From: Camelus dromedarius
Lineage: Eukaryota
Length of the DNA: 64,000 bases
Assembly: GCF_036321535.1 (NCBI RefSeq)
Contig: NC_087447.1
Span: forward strand, 35,094,001-35,158,000
Direction: 5' to 3'
The notes beneath the pieces were generated by a model. It ran no database searches and had not been told where the DNA came from. It saw nothing but the letters and a program-made list of their open reading frames with translations. Below, piece by piece: positions 60,281-64,000 of the stretch (the first letter of the stretch is position 1; each line of letters begins with the position of its first letter). Both the position numbers and the translations under genes were made by a program.

Positions 60281-60733
60281 CTCTGCCATAAAAAAGAATA
60301 AAATAATGCCATTTGCAGCAACATGGATGGACCTAGAGATCATCATTCTAAGTGAAGTAAGCCAGAGAGAGAAAGAAAAATACCATATGGTATCACTCAT
60401 ATGTGGAATCTTAAAAAAAAAAAGACACTATGAACTGATTTATAAAAAAGAACCAGACTCATAGACTTAGTAAACAATCTGATGGTTACCAGGGAAAGGG
60501 GATGGAAAGGGATAAATTTGGGAGTTTGAGATTTACAAATGTTAGCCACTATATATAAAAATAGATTTTTTAAAAAGTTTCTTTTTAGCACAGAGAACTA
60601 TGTTCAATATCTTGTAATGACCTTTTAATGAAAAAAATATGAAAATGAATATATGTACATATATGCATGACTGGGACATTGTGTGGTACACCAGAAATTG
60701 ACACATTGTAATTGACTGTACTTCAATTAAAAA
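60281..60733 (+). mobile_element. 5'-truncated, comparatively young L1 with poly(A) and TSD
   Basis: gccatttgcagcaacatggatggacctagaga...acttcaattaaaaaaaa; 16-bp TSD at 60265-60280 and 60734-60749. Confidence 0.88.
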
Positions 60734-62790
60734 AAAGAATATTGCTCTAATAGTGTTTAAAAGATAAATTGAGGTCCCCTGATTTCTTTGGAAGAAAGTT
60801 CCATAGCCTGTGCAGGGCCTGGACAGAAGTATTATAAGTTTACATATTCATAGACTACAAATAAAAGCCTTTTGTAAGCGGCTTAATGAATTTACCTGGT
60901 TTGTGCTTAATAGCACGCATCAGAATGACTTTGCTCATATAGTTGTTTGAAATGTTTCTACTTCAGAGATTGACCAATTTTTTTTTTTATTATAAATGCA
61001 AATAACATGGGCTTGATAGTGATCCACATGGGCTTGACCCAGTTTCTCAGCAGATGGTCAGTAAGCTTCCATTTTGGATTGCTTAGGCTCCACAGTTTTC
61101 TCTGTAGCACAAATGCCAGGTCAAAGACCATTATGTGAGTCTTGAGCAGGTAACATCAGGAAGTAAAAATGCTGTAGGGGGCAAGTGATTTACTTTTGCT
61201 GGTTAGAGGTGAGCTCAGAAAAGTCATTGTTAGTTATTTTGTATTTTTATTTGGGGTTACCATGCATTCTGTAATATAAATGAGCTCCTTTTGAGTCATA
61301 GGAAGTAGTGACCATTAGTTAAGTACTGTTAGGAGATAAATATAACTGATTACCTTCAAGTGTTTAAAGATGGTTTTAAACCAGGTAGTATATATATATC
61401 AGTGCACTTTGAAGATAACTGGCCTAAATTATTCATTGAATTATCAGATCCACTAGGTAGAGTATTGGTTTCATAATAGTAGAAAAATTGTCTTATTTCC
61501 TGAGGATTAAGTTTAGTGATTGGATCCTATCTGACATTTAAATGAAGTTTTGCTTAGGATTGTTTCTCAAAATCTGTGTTACCTTTTCAATTATTGCTAA
61601 TCTGGAATTGTAGAAGGGCACTTCTGAAATCTGACTCTATCTGGGTAAAGGTCAGTGTGTGAGGGCTTGAAGGATGGCAGTTTGCCACAAACTCTTATTA
61701 CTCCAAGGCTCATTATAGCAGATATAAAGAATATTAAAATTTCTTAAGACGTTTGAGGAAAAAGATTTTTTGTTTGAAATGTGATCAAGAAGAAGAAAAG
61801 AATATTCTACCAAATCTTTTTTCTTATTTGTTATAAACATTCTCTTAAAGTGTCGTGATGCATTCAATTTTGAACTTTAATCTGGGTGTTTCTTTTCTTG
61901 GCGTTCATATTTCAGATCTTAATTACAATTTGTCTTTTCTTTTTAGAAAGTAGATGGATTCAAAATGTTCAGATATACTGTATAATAAGGTCTGTGTGTG
62001 ATCGAGGAGAGGACTAGGTCTAATCTTGGCATTTCTAGCCGCCTCAGGTGAACTGTGACCTTTATAGAAAGCCAGGCGACTGTGCCTCAGCTTGGTTCCC
62101 GTTTTGAGTATTAATGGCTTTAGCTGGAGACTTATTTGGAAGGTCTTATTCGATGCTGTATGGTAGCATTTGCCTTAATGTATTTTATAAGCGAAACAGA
62201 ATGTAAATTCCAGGATTTAAAGGTGTTTTTCAAAATAGGGATTTGAAAATTTAACATCAGTATAACTTGATCCATTTTAATGTAATAATTTCAGCAAAGT
62301 TGTTTGATGTGTTTGTGTGTGAAAAATCCAGACTAGTTATAAAAAGACCCTTTAGCTTGTATTAGTTCAGATGACATCTACACAGATAAATGGGACACTT
62401 TAAACTGCTGCGTATGATTGACCACGTATTTAAATGTCTAACCATATCATTTGGGTCCTCAATCTCTGGGAGAAGGATTGTCCTATCTTATAGGAACCAT
62501 GACAAAATTTCATATAAGATGTAATAACACAAATTCTTATTTGAAACAAGTTTTAAAATTCCTATTGTTAATACAAACTTATAAAATGGTTACTTAATGA
62601 TACACCATCTTCACTACCCATTGTTTTGCAAATCACCCTTTGGGCACAAAATTCTTCTTTTTTTTAATGGGTTTAGTCCATAATTAAATTTAAATTAAGT
62701 TTTGATTTTTAATGGCTTTGAGAATTAACAGAGATAGTTATAAAAATTACTTCAGTTGAGTAAGCCTCCAGAACCTAAAAACCCACTTCT

Positions 62791-62847
62791 ATTTCTGTTG
62801 ATGCAGCAAAATACCACATTTCTGTTGATGTGGCAGAATACATTTCT
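62791..62847. repeat. Imperfect ~27-bp tandem duplication
   Basis: atttctgttgatgcagcaaaataccac / atttctgttgatgtggcagaatac / atttct. Confidence 0.7.
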
Positions 62848-64000
62848 ACACATATACCTGCAACCTGCATACACACGCTCACACATACACTTACACGTTA
62901 CGCACAAAATTCTAAATTGTTACAGAAGTTAGCCCTTTTTGTTCTCATCTAGGACTTAATAAATTAGTACAATGTAAGAAACTAGAGATTTTGATTTACC
63001 CTAAATTTTGTCCAAATAAACAGGTAAGTCTTTAAGTCATACTGAGAGGAAAGCAAGTTGTCTTGCTGAGAAAGGGAGGTGAGTGCTTTTGAATGGTGAG
63101 GAGTCAGGCATATAATTAAAGGAGTTAGGATTCTTGTTCCAAAGCAGAATGGGAGAAAAGAGTGGAAGACTCCCATCTGGTGGTTTTAATCTTTAAAGAT
63201 GTTCTGAAGAGTTTTGCCTTTGTGGGAAGATGGCAAAAGAGGGCTTAGGGCTTTAAGAAATATCAGAAGGATTGAGGATTGGGTTAGGGTGTGGCAGGTG
63301 AGGCCTTTAGAATTAGAAGTCCTGGTGATCTGACAGAAAGAGAGGCCACCTCTCAGGCAGGCAGCCTGTATACTGGAATATAAGAGATGGGCAAGGAGTT
63401 GGGACTTGAGTGATGTTCACTGGGAGCAGGAGTGGTAGAAAGAGAAGTCAAAGGTACGAAAAGGAATGAGTGGAGATATGAATTGGTGAATTTGGGGAGG
63501 TTGCTGGAGTCATCTTCGTGTCTGTACAGGAGGATGTGAATAAAGAGGTTGTCAGAGAGGAAAACGGTAAGAAAATTTGAGGCAAATGAGCCTGGAGGAG
63601 ATGCAGCAGCTGGTAAATTGATGAGAACACTTTGGAAAAATCCAGTATTAAGAGGCCAGGGATGTGCAAAACAAGACCTCAGTTTTCATAGGAGACAAGT
63701 TGTTGCCCTCTTGCTTTACAGTTCTGAATTCCAAAAGGACACACTGTCTGTAAGTTAATAGTTTTGCTTCTTAGAAATATAAAATAAATAGCTGACATAT
63801 TTCTGTAAGATCAGAAGTGAATCCTGGAAACTATATATTGTATAGATTCGTATGTTCAAAGTCAACCAGAAGTATCAATTGCCTCTGTGTAGATGCTGGA
63901 GGATGGCTACTGTTTGGGCTCTCCTCAGCAGGAGGTTTCTAGCATGAAAGCGGGAGACCTTTAGTGGGAGAAGGAGTGAACACTGAGAGTCTGATATTGG

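Overview
Mammalian genomic DNA, most likely a camelid, inferred from six tRNA-Ala-derived SINEs resembling the camelid Vic-1 family. Two paralogous genes lie head-to-tail on the + strand: the 3' part of UEVLD (coding exons 4-12, 1909-27517, open frame, UEV domain fused to an LDH-like domain) and the 5' part of TSG101 (CpG-island promoter at about 31.4 kb, coding exons 1-7, 31558-56674, continuing past the window). UEVLD intron 6 holds a full-length, disabled, antisense processed pseudogene of SDCBP (syntenin-1) with a SINE nested in it. The rest is AT-rich intronic DNA with L1, L2, MIR, CR1/L3, MaLR-like and DNA-transposon relics. I found no clear evidence of a wholly new system. The best leads are a phase-compatible UEVLD-TSG101 read-through fusion, the antisense syntenin retrocopy with an unexpectedly CpG-rich patch, and the intron-phase record of UEVLD as a TSG101+LDH chimera with a degenerate LDH active site. 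Exon numbers and comparisons to human proteins are from recall, not from a database search.
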